Assembly (NCBI GenBank): GCA_021792095.1
Contig: JAJYVH010000001.1
Span: forward strand, 445,324-509,323
Direction of reading: 5' to 3'
Length of the DNA: 64,000 bases
From: Candidatus Micrarchaeota archaeon
GTDB taxonomy: Archaea; Micrarchaeota; Micrarchaeia; Micrarchaeales; CABMGC01
Shown: positions 1-8,862 of the stretch, one piece after another
Layout: each line of letters begins with the position of its first letter
How positions within the stretch are numbered: position 1 is the stretch's first letter
Notes under the pieces: generated by a model
Database searches by the model: none
Seen by the model: the letters and a program-made list of their open reading frames with translations, nothing else
Told to the model about the DNA's origin: nothing
Position numbers and translations under genes: made by a program

Positions 1-1092
1 AATAAGCGCAACGGCGAAAGCGGCGGCGATGTCCCCTTCGTCCACCGCGAGCTCACGCATCGCCGCAAGCACCGCATCCCCGCTGCTGTGCTTTAGCAGC
101 AGCGAGACTAGCGCTGCGAGCTCTATGCGGCCTGCGCCGCTGTTCAGCGCCAGCGCATCCCTGAGCGCCTCAGCTCCGCAGTTCTCCCTTATGCAGTTCT
201 CGAATTTCCGCCTCCCTATCTCTAGCATCATCGAGCCACCTGAAACAACACGAACAACGTCCTCCACCTCTATCCCGTGCACCTTCTCTATCATGCATAC
301 GCTCCTCCTGCCGGTGGCAAGCACCTGCACTGCCATGCAGCTGCCTACCGCAAGGTCCTGTATGGCTGCTACGTGCCTTTCCGCGAGCCCGTAATTGACC
401 GCCAGCCTGTCCAGGCCCCGCCTGTTCTGGAGCCTGAACAGGAACACAGTGGCGGCGTTGGAGAGCATCGCAAGATCTATGTCCTCCAGGAGCTGCGAGG
501 AGAACACTAGCCCGTAGCCGTATTTCCTGCCCTCGCGTAGCAGCGTCTCCAGCGAAGCGCTGCCCCTAAGGAGCTTCCAGGCCTCGTCCAGGAGCAGGAA
601 GACGCGCCCGCCAGTGTTGGAGGCCCGCATGCGCTCCACCACAGTGCCCATTATGCTCTCCGCAGTCCTCACCTTGTCCTGTTCTGATGTGATGCCTTTC
701 ATGCCAAAATAGAGCATGCCGTCTTTCCTTTCATCCATGAGTTCGTCTATGTTTTCCGGGTCGCTGCTCTCTTCTCCGGCGAACGAGGCGAACGCCGCGT
801 ACTCGCCAGTGAAATCAAGCACGAGCAGGGTGGCATCGCCTGCGGCCCAGAGCTTCAGCATGAGGTTGCGCATCAGGTACGTCTTGCCGCTGCCTGTCAC
901 GCCGCATATGAATATGTGCGGGTTCATGAGCAGGCCGAAGTCAATGAAATAAGGCGAATTGTGCATAGCGCCAACAAAAATGCAGCTCCGCGAGCGCGCC
1001 TCAATCTCTTCGGCGTGCTGGGACAGGGTATCTGGAAACTGAATCATGTCGACCGCGTGCTCCACGCTGCCTATGCGCCCGTTTGGAATCAT
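1..1092 (-). CDS. VirB4/TrbE-like secretion ATPase (FtsK-HerA superfamily); 3' end runs off the window
   Basis: Absent from the ORF track because no stop falls in the window. I checked every minus-strand codon from the ATG at 1092-1090 down to base 1 and found no stop. Translation is MIPNGRIGSVEH... with Walker A HIFICGVTGSGKTY, DFTGEY, Walker B RVFLLLDEAWKLL and REGRKYGYGLVFSSQ. This is the same motif set as the ATPase at 26524-28029. The start abuts the stop of the upstream gene at 1093. Confidence 0.75.
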   Translation of the reverse strand, partial: MIPNGRIGSVEHAVDMIQFPDTLSQHAEEIEARSRSCIFVGAMHNSPYFIDFGLLMNPHIFICGVTGSGKTYLMRNLMLKLWAAGDATLLVLDFTGEYAAFASFAGEESSDPENIDELMDERKDGMLYFGMKGITSEQDKVRTAESIMGTVVERMRASNTGGRVFLLLDEAWKLLRGSASLETLLREGRKYGYGLVFSSQLLEDIDLAMLSNAATVFLFRLQNRRGLDRLAVNYGLAERHVAAIQDLAVGSCMAVQVLATGRRSVCMIEKVHGIEVEDVVRVVSGGSMMLEIGRRKFENCIRENCGAEALRDALALNSGAGRIELAALVSLLLKHSSGDAVLAAMRELAVDEGDIAAAFAVALI

Positions 1093-1818
1093 TCAGACAC
1101 CGTTGGTCATTACCTCGTCGAACAGCCGCTCCCCTTTCAGTGTCTCGCACTCGAACCCGAGGGCTGACGAGAAGGCGCTGGAGAGCTTCTCCGCGTTCGA
1201 TGCCGATGTACGTGCGGCCTCGAAGCTGCTGCCTGCGGTGCAGAACGTCTTGAGCTTCAGTCTCATGGCCAGCATCTTCTGGCCGCGTATTCCGCGTATC
1301 TCGCTTTCTATAACACCAAGCTCGCGCCTGAGCACGTTCATCCTGTCGTACCTCTTCGCATCGCACCTCGAGATCTCTATCTCCTTCAGCCTTCTCTTCT
1401 CCTCCAGCCTGTCGAGGACCTTTCCCTGGTTTATGGCCTCCATCCCCAGGCTAAACTCGAACGGGAAGTCCGTGTTGCGCACAAGCGAACTCAGCAGCTC
1501 TCCGTTGCGTTCCGCGCCATTGCTTCTCACCGCTATGCACGAGACGGCGATGTACGCATTGCCGCTGGCCTTCACCATCGAGCGCAGGTCTTCGGACAGG
1601 CCATAGCCCATGCACACCTCTATTGCCTTGCCCTTCCGCAGCACCAGATTGTTGATTATGTGCCCCGAGTTCAGGTATGCCACTGAGCAGAGGAGCAGCA
1701 GCGCCTCCGCGGCAAGCAGGTAGGCGTTGCGCAGCAGGATTCCTGACACTAGGGTCGCTATGGCAGCGGCGTATACGGCATACGCGTAGCCCCTGTTTTG
1801 AAGCTCGATGTCAAGCAT
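1093..1818 (-). CDS. TM-anchored protein with cytosolic domain; paralog of 24810-25640 and 25641-26465 (candidate VirB3/VirB4 N-terminal-domain-like)
   Basis: 241-aa ORF with N-terminal hydrophobic helices (YAYAVYAAAIATLVSGILL, LLAAEALLLLCSVAYL). These are followed by a soluble domain with DFPFEFSL, comparable to GFPFRFSV and PVRFSAQL in the two proteins preceding the second ATPase. It occupies the same position, immediately upstream of the VirB4-like ATPase. Functional assignment is inference. Confidence 0.6.
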   Translation of the reverse strand: MLDIELQNRGYAYAVYAAAIATLVSGILLRNAYLLAAEALLLLCSVAYLNSGHIINNLVLRKGKAIEVCMGYGLSEDLRSMVKASGNAYIAVSCIAVRSNGAERNGELLSSLVRNTDFPFEFSLGMEAINQGKVLDRLEEKRRLKEIEISRCDAKRYDRMNVLRRELGVIESEIRGIRGQKMLAMRLKLKTFCTAGSSFEAARTSASNAEKLSSAFSSALGFECETLKGERLFDEVMTNGV

Positions 1819-1826
1819 GCATTCGC

Positions 1827-2828
1827 CTATATGATGCTCGTCCTCCCCAGGAAGGTGTCCGAGCCAAGCACCGCTGACAGTTCCCTGACTGATATGCCCG
1901 TGAGCATAAGGCTGAACGCGGGCAGTATGAACGTAGCTAGTATGAAGTACGACATTATGCCGAAGAGGTAGTTGACTAGGTTCGACAGCTGCTTGGAGAC
2001 AGCGCTGCCCACGCTCGCGAGCGCAGAGACTATGCTGCTGTTCCCAGAGCCCGTGCTCGCGTATGCGAGCAACGAGCCCTCCACGTTGTTGAAATCGAAG
2101 ACAAACTGTGCGCTTCCGTTTCCAGCTTCGGCCGAGGCGTAGTAGCTAAGCAGCGTGGCGTTCATTACGTACGAGAGCGGCAGGATAAGGTACAGGCCGA
2201 TCGTCAGCGCTATCAGGAACCCGCCGAGCTTGCGCACTGGATAAAAGGTCCTCAATACCAGGCCCAGCGGCAGCAGCAACGTCATGGAGCCCGCCGCCGC
2301 CACTGCGAGCACGGAAGCCTGCACCGTGACGCTCACCGCGGCTGCGCCAAGAACCTGCACGGTGCTCTGTATCTGCGATAGCAAGGGGCTGAGGAAAGTC
2401 TTGAAGATGCCTAGCACAGCGTAGGCGGCTATCAGGCCAGTGACCGCGACGGTGACTCCGCTCAGCACGGACGAATGGGATGCGCCAAGGTATTCGTACT
2501 GGCCCTGGCCCACAAGGTAGTCGTAGGCGAAGCATATGGCTGTGTTGCCAGCCATGAATCCGCTGCACGTCATCGTGGTGCCGTTGGCGAGCACCACCGA
2601 GTTGATGAATACTCCTATTATCCCGCCGCTCGCGAACAAGGCCACAAATCCGCCCACCAAAGCACCGTTTATCAGGGACTGCATGAGCTCGCTCCTTCCT
2701 ATGTCTTTTAGCTTCCTGTCGTTCAGCGCGTATCCTGTCCCGAGAAGGATGCCGCCTACGGATATCATTATGCCGACAAGCAGCACAGCAACGCCGAAGC
2801 CATACGCTCCGAGCAGTCCCGTAGGCAT
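1827..2828 (-). CDS. polytopic membrane protein, 7th member of the paralog family found at 17088-24743 (candidate VirB6/CedA-like)
   Basis: 333-aa multi-TM ORF. It has the shared N-terminal TM-basic loop (ALNDRKLKDIGRSE), the shared motif RTFYPVRKLGGFLIALTIGLYLILPL and the shared C-terminal tail (SAVLGSDTFLGRTSII). Confidence 0.7.
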   Translation of the reverse strand: MPTGLLGAYGFGVAVLLVGIMISVGGILLGTGYALNDRKLKDIGRSELMQSLINGALVGGFVALFASGGIIGVFINSVVLANGTTMTCSGFMAGNTAICFAYDYLVGQGQYEYLGASHSSVLSGVTVAVTGLIAAYAVLGIFKTFLSPLLSQIQSTVQVLGAAAVSVTVQASVLAVAAAGSMTLLLPLGLVLRTFYPVRKLGGFLIALTIGLYLILPLSYVMNATLLSYYASAEAGNGSAQFVFDFNNVEGSLLAYASTGSGNSSIVSALASVGSAVSKQLSNLVNYLFGIMSYFILATFILPAFSLMLTGISVRELSAVLGSDTFLGRTSII

Positions 2829-2831
2829 GGC

Positions 2832-3191
2832 CTACACCGTGGCGTTGGTAAGGTTGCCCAGGAGGCCCGTGGATGCGAGCGCAAGCCCGTTGGAGGCGAC
2901 GGAGAGCACTGCCACGATCACCGCCCCTATCAGCACGTCTATCGCAGTGCTATGGAAGTTTGCCCTCTTCGTTGCAGGGAACAGCTGCCCTATCGCGTAG
3001 AATATGCCCGCGACTATGAAGAGCACGGCGCTCAGTACGGGGCCTATGTGGGCCAGCAGGCTCTGCACGCCGTTGAGCGTGGTTATTATGCTTAACGACA
3101 GCGGGACGGCCTGCGCCTTGCCACCGAACAGCAGAGGCAGCCACGCTATCTTTGCGTATTTTTTGATCAGGGCCACAGTTTGTGTAATCAT
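2832..3191 (-). CDS. small two-TM membrane protein, TrbC/VirB2-like (CedA1/TedC-like) candidate pilin
   Basis: 119 aa with helix-loop-helix architecture: LNGVQSLLAHIGPVLSAVLFIVAGIFYAIGQLFP-ATKRANFHS-TAIDVLIGAVIVAVLSV. It aligns with the proteins at 11481 and 12243 (shared YAI..(F/L)P and I.G..I motifs). It is the first gene of the compact minus-strand module. Confidence 0.55.
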   Translation of the reverse strand: MITQTVALIKKYAKIAWLPLLFGGKAQAVPLSLSIITTLNGVQSLLAHIGPVLSAVLFIVAGIFYAIGQLFPATKRANFHSTAIDVLIGAVIVAVLSVASNGLALASTGLLGNLTNATV

Positions 3192-3220
3192 AGTATCATT
3201 CTTTTACTTAGATATATGTT

Positions 3221-3236
3221 GTTTACTTAAGTAAAC
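3221..3236. promoter_or_regulatory. perfect 16-nt palindrome GTTTACTTAAGTAAAC in AT-rich divergent promoter region
   Basis: Read directly. It lies 30-45 nt upstream of the minus-strand start at 3191, flanked by ATATAT/CATATAAAAA. It may be a TATA/BRE region, an operator, or both. Confidence 0.35.
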
Positions 3237-3455
3237 ATATAAAAAGGTTTCTGCCCCGTGCTTTTTGCCTGAATACGCGCCGCAGCGCCTGTGACGCGCC
3301 CGGGCCGGGGACTGGTGGAGGCGGTGCGCCGGACAGTTCCAGCGCTGGAAATGCGTTGTGGCGCTACCTCTCAGTGCCCTGCCGCCCTTGGGTGCCCCTA
3401 AGAAAAGCAATATATAGCTGCTCTGTGCATGCCTAACTTCACGAAGTGAGCGAGC

Positions 3456-4004
3456 ATGAAGATTAGGCCCGGGCGTTGCGTAAGGAACCTGAATAGCCAA
3501 GCCTATGCCAGGTATTCGGTCAAGAAGCCCAAGAAGAACTACATACGGGCATTGCCTAGGACGAGCCTGCTCATATTCAACATGGGCGCCGACAAGCCCG
3601 AGTTCGACCTCACTATGAGGTTGGTCTCAAGGCAGGACGTGCAGCTCAGGAGCAACGCGCTCGAGGCTGCCAGGCAGTCCGCGAACAAGTTCCTGGAGCG
3701 CGAAGCACCGGAGTCGTACTACTTCCGTGTGGTCCCGTATCCGCACAACGTAATACGCGAGAAGAAGTTCGCCACTGGCGCAGGCGCCGACCGTATCTCC
3801 CAGGGGATGACGCTGGCGTTCGGCAAGCCCACAGCTGTTGCGGCCAGGGTGAGCGAGGGGCAGACTGTCATGGAGCTGCGGGTGGCATCGGGCAACAAAG
3901 TGATAGCCAGGGAGGCGATGAGGCGGGCTTCAACGAAGCTCTCCGGCACCTATTCTATATCCATGGAAATCAGGAAGGCCCAGGAAGCGGCAGTGCAGGC
4001 CTAG
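3456..4004 (+). CDS. rpl10e: 50S ribosomal protein uL16 (L10e)
   Basis: The 182-aa ORF matches the L10e pattern: RPGRCVR...YFRVVPYPHNVIREKKFATGAGADRISQGM. Confidence 0.9.
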   Translation: MKIRPGRCVRNLNSQAYARYSVKKPKKNYIRALPRTSLLIFNMGADKPEFDLTMRLVSRQDVQLRSNALEAARQSANKFLEREAPESYYFRVVPYPHNVIREKKFATGAGADRISQGMTLAFGKPTAVAARVSEGQTVMELRVASGNKVIAREAMRRASTKLSGTYSISMEIRKAQEAAVQA

Positions 4005-4037
4005 CCTGTTTTTGCTACTATTCGCTTCAGGGACCGT

Positions 4038-4970
4038 GTGGCCCTGTGTGGTCGTATGCGCATACTATTGCAATTTCCGGAGGGGCTCAAGCAGCATGCG
4101 CTAGAGCATGCGAAGAGGCTCGAGTCCGAGGGCAACGAGGTGTTCGTCTCTGCGTCGCCGAGCTTCGGCGCCTGCGACCTCGCGATAGACGAGGCCAGGA
4201 GGATAGGTGCAGACAAACTGGTGCACTTCGGCCACGCGGAGTTCCACCGCGTCGATTTCAACGTTGAGTATGTGCCCTACACGATGGACGTGAAGCTCGA
4301 CGTGCTTGGGGGCTCGCTTCCGTACCTTGAGGCGTTCAAGAGCGTATGCCTGATGACAACAGTACAGCACGTCCACCAGCTTCCTGACATAGTGCGTTTC
4401 TACGAGCGCAATGGCAAGAGCGTGGTGCTCAACAGGCCCAACGGCTTCGCCAAGCAGGCAGGGCAGCTGCTGGGCTGCGATTCAGGCAACGTTACCGTCC
4501 TTGACAGGAGCGTGGATGCTTTTGTCTACTTCGGAGGCGGTATATTTCATCCGCTGGGCGCCCTACTGCAGACCACGAAGCCTTTCCTGGTGGTGGATCC
4601 ATTCCTGAACAGCGTCAGGCGGATAGACGGGATGCGCGAGGAGTACAGGAAGAGTAGCAGGGGCAAGGTGCTTGCCTCGCTTGGGGCGAAGAGGTTCGGC
4701 ATCCTGGTAAGCACCAAGAACGGCCAGTACAACATGCAGCTCGCCAGGCTCCTGAAGGGCAAGATAGAGGCATCGGGCCTGTCTTCTGCGATCCTCGTGT
4801 CAAACACGCTGGATTTCGAATCATTGGCCAACATGCTCGAGTTCGACGCCTTCGTCAATACTGCCTGCCCGAGGATAGCAATAGACGATACCGACAGGCT
4901 CAGGAAGCCGCTGCTCAGCGCCAACGAGCTGATGGAGGTGCTGAAGCTTAAGGAAGAAAGCAAGGGCTGA
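4038..4970 (+). CDS. dph2: diphthamide synthesis protein Dph2 (2-(3-amino-3-carboxypropyl)histidine synthase)
   Basis: 310-aa ORF with LQFPEGLK, GACD, KLVHFGHA, TTVQHVHQL and the GCDS pattern typical of archaeal Dph2. An alternative start is the ATG at 4056 (MRILLQFPEG). Confidence 0.8.
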   Translation: MALCGRMRILLQFPEGLKQHALEHAKRLESEGNEVFVSASPSFGACDLAIDEARRIGADKLVHFGHAEFHRVDFNVEYVPYTMDVKLDVLGGSLPYLEAFKSVCLMTTVQHVHQLPDIVRFYERNGKSVVLNRPNGFAKQAGQLLGCDSGNVTVLDRSVDAFVYFGGGIFHPLGALLQTTKPFLVVDPFLNSVRRIDGMREEYRKSSRGKVLASLGAKRFGILVSTKNGQYNMQLARLLKGKIEASGLSSAILVSNTLDFESLANMLEFDAFVNTACPRIAIDDTDRLRKPLLSANELMEVLKLKEESKG

Positions 4971-5088
4971 TTCCACAGCTCATCGGCTGTCAAGCCGGCA
5001 AACTATGCGTCTCCGCTGCTTCTCGGTCCGTCCATTTTCCCACAACTAATGAGCTTCTTCTCCGCTCATAGCATCACATTCATAACAG

Positions 5089-5613
5089 TCATGACGCTTT
5101 GACAGTTACTGTGCCTATCTGCGTTATGAGGTTGCTTGCGCTGCTTGTGCTGTAGTAAGCCCAAATGGAGCCGGACACGGCTGTGCCTATAGTGGTTGGC
5201 AGCGCTGTCACCGCGCCAGTGCTGGATATGTAGTTGCCTGCAGTGAACGTTACGCTCTGGCCGCTTGATATGCCGCCGCTCACGCTCATGCCGTTTGTGC
5301 CGACGAAGTCAGCCGATGTGGGCGCCGAGCTTCCGTATCCCACGAAGAGCAGGTATGCCGAGGTCCAGCTGCTTCCTGTGGCTTGCCCTATCGTCGCAGT
5401 GAAGGAGCCTGAGTGCAGTACCGGGTTGGAGCACAGGTAGCCCGAAAGCGCTATGCAGCTGGTGCCGAGCAGGGCCCCGCTGCTGAACACGCCCAAGCTG
5501 AACAGCGCGCCGAGCACCACCGCTATTATGAGTATGGCCCAGCCGTAGGTCATGAGGTACTCCATTGCACTTTGAGCTTTTCTCGTCCTAACAGCATTCT
5601 TCATCCTTATCAC
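5089..5613 (-). CDS. archaeal type IV pilin-like protein (class III signal peptide)
   Basis: The N-terminus is MKNAVRTRKAQ/SAMEYLMTYGWAILIIAVVLGALF: a basic leader, then a QSAMEYL hydrophobic helix. The remainder is Ser/Thr/Gly-rich. Confidence 0.7.
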   Translation of the reverse strand: MIRMKNAVRTRKAQSAMEYLMTYGWAILIIAVVLGALFSLGVFSSGALLGTSCIALSGYLCSNPVLHSGSFTATIGQATGSSWTSAYLLFVGYGSSAPTSADFVGTNGMSVSGGISSGQSVTFTAGNYISSTGAVTALPTTIGTAVSGSIWAYYSTSSASNLITQIGTVTVKAS

Positions 5614-5633
5614 TGTAATACCTTCAATATCAG

Positions 5634-6236
5634 CTATTTTAATCTTTGCAATTCGGCCTTTCCTGCGCCCGCAGCCAGCAGCTCGCCAGCCGCGCTCTCG
5701 AGCTGTATGCGCGCCGTGTCCTGCTTCCTCCTGAAATCAGGCACCACAGAGTTAGCGAAGCGGAAGTGCCTCGTGGAGTCGTAGATGCCCTTCATTAGCG
5801 CGTAGTACTCGTCCGCGAGCGCGTACTCCCTTGCCCTTATCGCATCTATAATTTCGCGCTTCAGCTCGCCCACAAGGTCCATCACGCCCAGCAGGTACGG
5901 CACCTCGCCGCTGCCCGACTCCGCCGGGGAGACGAGCCTGCGCTCCTTAAGCACAGTGTAGAATGCGATCGCCTCCACGTACTCCTGGTGCGCCTGCTGC
6001 GAGAAGTACTCCATGCCCTTCTCCCCCGCCTTGAGCCTCCTCTCGAGCCTGCGCATGCGCGCCAGCAGCGCCGCCGCCTCCGCCAGCCGCCTGGCGTGCA
6101 TCAGCGTTATCGCCTTGCCCGCGAGCCTTATCAGCTCCCTGGAGAGCGAGAGCAACGCCTCCCTCCTGCGCTCCAGCTCCTCCAGCCTTCTCTCCACCTT
6201 TCCCATATCCGGAATGCCCTTCATGAAATCACTCAA
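5634..6236 (-). CDS. translin-family protein
   Basis: 200 aa, helical, with the translin/TRAX signature VPYLLGVMDLVGELKREI (YLxGxxDxxGELxR) and EYVEAIAFY. Confidence 0.7.
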   Translation of the reverse strand: MSDFMKGIPDMGKVERRLEELERRREALLSLSRELIRLAGKAITLMHARRLAEAAALLARMRRLERRLKAGEKGMEYFSQQAHQEYVEAIAFYTVLKERRLVSPAESGSGEVPYLLGVMDLVGELKREIIDAIRAREYALADEYYALMKGIYDSTRHFRFANSVVPDFRRKQDTARIQLESAAGELLAAGAGKAELQRLK

Positions 6237-7114
6237 ACACCAGCGCGTCCCTTGCCGCTGTTCCTGAACGCCCAGAACATGTACTGCTGCGCGTAGCCCG
6301 CGTAGGGCCCCCAGCGCTTCTCAGCGAACTCGTGCAGCCTGCCTATGCTCTGCCTCCTGCCGCCGAAGTACGTGCGCTCCATCGCCCGCTGCACCCACGT
6401 GTCTATTGGGAAGGCGTTCAGCCTGCCGTAGCCGAAGAGCAGTATGCAGTCCGCCACCTTGTCCCCTATGCCGTCGAGCTCCATCAGCGCTTCCTTCGCG
6501 CCCTCGTAGCCCTTGCCGCCGAGGCCCCCGAGGTCCACGGAACCGCTGCACTCCTCGGCGAGCGCCTTTATGTACCTGGCCCTGAAGCCGGCCCCGTGAG
6601 CCATAAGGTCGCGCACGCCCGCCTTCGCCAGGGCCTCCGGCTCAGGGAACGACCTGAAGCTCAGCCTGACGCCGCCGGAGTCCAGCGCGTGCTCTTCGCC
6701 ATACGCCGTGATAAGCCTCTTTACTATCCCCCTTATCCTCTTGACGTTGTTGAACTGCGAGATCACGAAGCAGAGCGCCGTTTCCCAGGGTCCGTTCTTG
6801 GTTATGCGCAGGCCCCTGTATCTTTTTGTAGCACGTCTCATGAACGCGTCTGTCTCTATAGCAGCGTATACGCTGCGCATGTCGTCTTCCAGCCTGAAGC
6901 GTGCGGCTATCTCCCTGTCCAGGCGCCTGCCGCCGATCGCGCCGTAGGCCGTGTACTCCAGCCTGCTGCCCGCCTGCCTCGCCTCCACCAGGCTGCCGCC
7001 GCAGGCGTACGTTACCCCATTGCCGTCGCCGCTCGGGTCGCCGAAGAATGCGAGCGGCTGCGCGCTCTGCACAGTGTGCGCAAGGTCGAAGTCCGAGACG
7101 ATCAGGCTACGCAT
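6233..7114 (-). CDS. ogg: HhH-GPD 8-oxoguanine DNA glycosylase/lyase (OGG1 family)
   Basis: LMELDGIGDKVADCILLFGYGRLNAFPIDTWVQR gives the HhH-GPD motif with the catalytic Lys (GDKVADC) and Asp (PIDTWV) arranged as in OGG1. It overlaps the downstream gene by 4 nt. Confidence 0.75.
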   Translation of the reverse strand: MRSLIVSDFDLAHTVQSAQPLAFFGDPSGDGNGVTYACGGSLVEARQAGSRLEYTAYGAIGGRRLDREIAARFRLEDDMRSVYAAIETDAFMRRATKRYRGLRITKNGPWETALCFVISQFNNVKRIRGIVKRLITAYGEEHALDSGGVRLSFRSFPEPEALAKAGVRDLMAHGAGFRARYIKALAEECSGSVDLGGLGGKGYEGAKEALMELDGIGDKVADCILLFGYGRLNAFPIDTWVQRAMERTYFGGRRQSIGRLHEFAEKRWGPYAGYAQQYMFWAFRNSGKGRAGV

Positions 7115-8597
7115 CTATACTCCCGGCCGGCTTCCGCTCCTGCTTCGTCGTGTTCCTGTCCCTGACTGTCACTGTATCGTCCTCCAGGGTCTGGTAGTCT
7201 ATCGTTATGCAGTAAGGCACGCCTATCTCGTCAGCGCGCGCGTAGCGCTTGCCTATGCTGGCAGTTTCAGAGTAGTAGCACTCCACGCCCCTGTCCTGCA
7301 GCGCGCCGTATGCGCTCCTCGCCCTAGCGATCAGCTTCTCGTCCTTCTGCAGCGGGAACACTGCGTACCTGTAAGGCGCGATCCTTTCGCTGAGCTTCAG
7401 CCACGCCCAGCCCCTGCCGTCGTCGTCGACGACGCTGTTGTCGAGTATGGCGAAGACTGGCCTGTCCGCGCCCATTGTAGCCTCCACGACGTGCGGCACT
7501 ATGCGCTTGCCGCTTGGGCTGAGCACGCTCAAATCCTTGCCCGATTCCTTCGCGTGCTGCGAAAGGTCCCAGTCGGTCCTGTACGCTGTGCCCGAGAGCT
7601 CTATGTAGCCGTAGGACGTGCTCATCTCCAGGTCGAGGTTGCCCTTTGAGTAGTGGGGCAGCTCCTCCTTCTCCAGCTCCCTGAACCTGTAGAGCTTTTC
7701 GTCCACGCCGAGGCGCCGCATGAGCGTTTCCTGGAGGTATATGAGCAGTGCGAAGTACCGGTTGGGTATCGTGCCTGCCTTGAGAAGGCTCGCCAGGCTT
7801 GCGTTCCGCTCCTCGCTGGCGTCCTTAGCCAGGAAGCTGATCTCCTCCCTGAGCACGCTCTCCATCCCGAACCCCAGCACCTCGTCCGGCTCGTCATCCG
7901 GGTCTATAAATATCTCCAGGTCCATCTGCGTGAGCTCGCGCAGCCTGACCAGCTGCTGCCTCGGGCTTATCTCGTTCCTGTAGGCCCTGCCTATCTGCGC
8001 GATGCCGGCCGGCAGTTTCAGCCCCTGGGTCTTGTACAGGTGTATGAAGTCCACGAATATGCTCTGCGCCGTCTCCGGCCTGAGGTACCCGGCGACGCCG
8101 CCCGCCGGGCCTATCTGCGTCCTGAACGTCATGTTGAACTTCTCCACCTTGCCGAGCTCCCCGCCGCACCTCTGGCACCTTATGCCCTCCTTCCTTATCG
8201 CCGCATCGAGCTGCACGGCGTCCATCCTCTTCACCTGCGCCGCCTCCTCGCCCATGTGCTTCTTCTCGTAGTGCTCCTCGAGGAGCTTGTCTGCCCTGAA
8301 GGGCGTCTTGCACGATTTGCACGAGACCATCGGGTCCGTGAACGCGTCCAGGTGTCCGCTGGCCCTGAGCACGGGCTCGGGCACTATGTTCGCAGTCTCT
8401 ATCTCCAACGCCCCCGTCCTTTCCACGAAGAGCGAGCGCCATGCGTTCTCGAACTTCCTCTTTATCCTTGCGCCTACCGGCCCGTAGTTGTAGAAGCCGG
8501 CCACGCCGTCGTATATGCCAAAGGCCGGATAGTAGAGCGCCCTCCTTGCAGCTATGTCTCCAGCCTTGCTCTCTGCCTTCGCTGCCATGGAAAACAA
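7107..8597 (-). CDS. glyS: glycine--tRNA ligase (archaeal/eukaryal type)
   Basis: 496 aa with class II aaRS motifs and GlyRS-specific YGPVGARIKRKFENAWRSLFV, RPETAQSIF and a C-terminal anticodon-binding domain. Confidence 0.9.
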   Translation of the reverse strand: MFSMAAKAESKAGDIAARRALYYPAFGIYDGVAGFYNYGPVGARIKRKFENAWRSLFVERTGALEIETANIVPEPVLRASGHLDAFTDPMVSCKSCKTPFRADKLLEEHYEKKHMGEEAAQVKRMDAVQLDAAIRKEGIRCQRCGGELGKVEKFNMTFRTQIGPAGGVAGYLRPETAQSIFVDFIHLYKTQGLKLPAGIAQIGRAYRNEISPRQQLVRLRELTQMDLEIFIDPDDEPDEVLGFGMESVLREEISFLAKDASEERNASLASLLKAGTIPNRYFALLIYLQETLMRRLGVDEKLYRFRELEKEELPHYSKGNLDLEMSTSYGYIELSGTAYRTDWDLSQHAKESGKDLSVLSPSGKRIVPHVVEATMGADRPVFAILDNSVVDDDGRGWAWLKLSERIAPYRYAVFPLQKDEKLIARARSAYGALQDRGVECYYSETASIGKRYARADEIGVPYCITIDYQTLEDDTVTVRDRNTTKQERKPAGSIDA

Positions 8598-8633
8598 TCA
8601 GAATATGCAATGCAGCCATTAATGAATGTGACG

Positions 8634-8804
8634 TTACGGCGTCGTGTAACCGCTGGTCCACGAGCTCGTGTACACGACGTTGGTGGGCACGCCGTTGTTC
8701 TCGTTGCCGCTGTAGTCGTTGGCGTTGCAGTTGAGACGACAGTCATTTCAATTGGTATGGCCGATCGTATGCGCCTGCCAATCACATTCTTTACTTGGGG
8801 CCAT
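8634..8804 (-). pseudogene. orphan relic of a LamG-pilin junction module with an in-frame TGA
   Basis: My minus-strand translation is MAPSKECDWQAHTIGHTN*NDCRLNCNANDYSGNENNGVPTNVVYTSSWTSGYTTP*. The second half matches the WWPLNGNANDYSGxGNNGVxTxVVY junction of the giant pilin genes about 43-52 kb away. The DNA core CGCTGTAGTCGTTGGCGTTGC is shared. Confidence 0.5.
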
Positions 8805-8862
8805 CGTTACGCTCCAGGCATTATGCTCTAGATTATCTAAGGTATCTGAGAAAAAGCAAGCT

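Noticed and set aside
3204-3500. 98-aa minus-strand ORF in the rpl10e upstream region
   Set aside because: It overlaps the rpl10e start and promoter and is Arg/His/Ala-rich with no motif. The region is treated as non-coding (see the intergenic finding).
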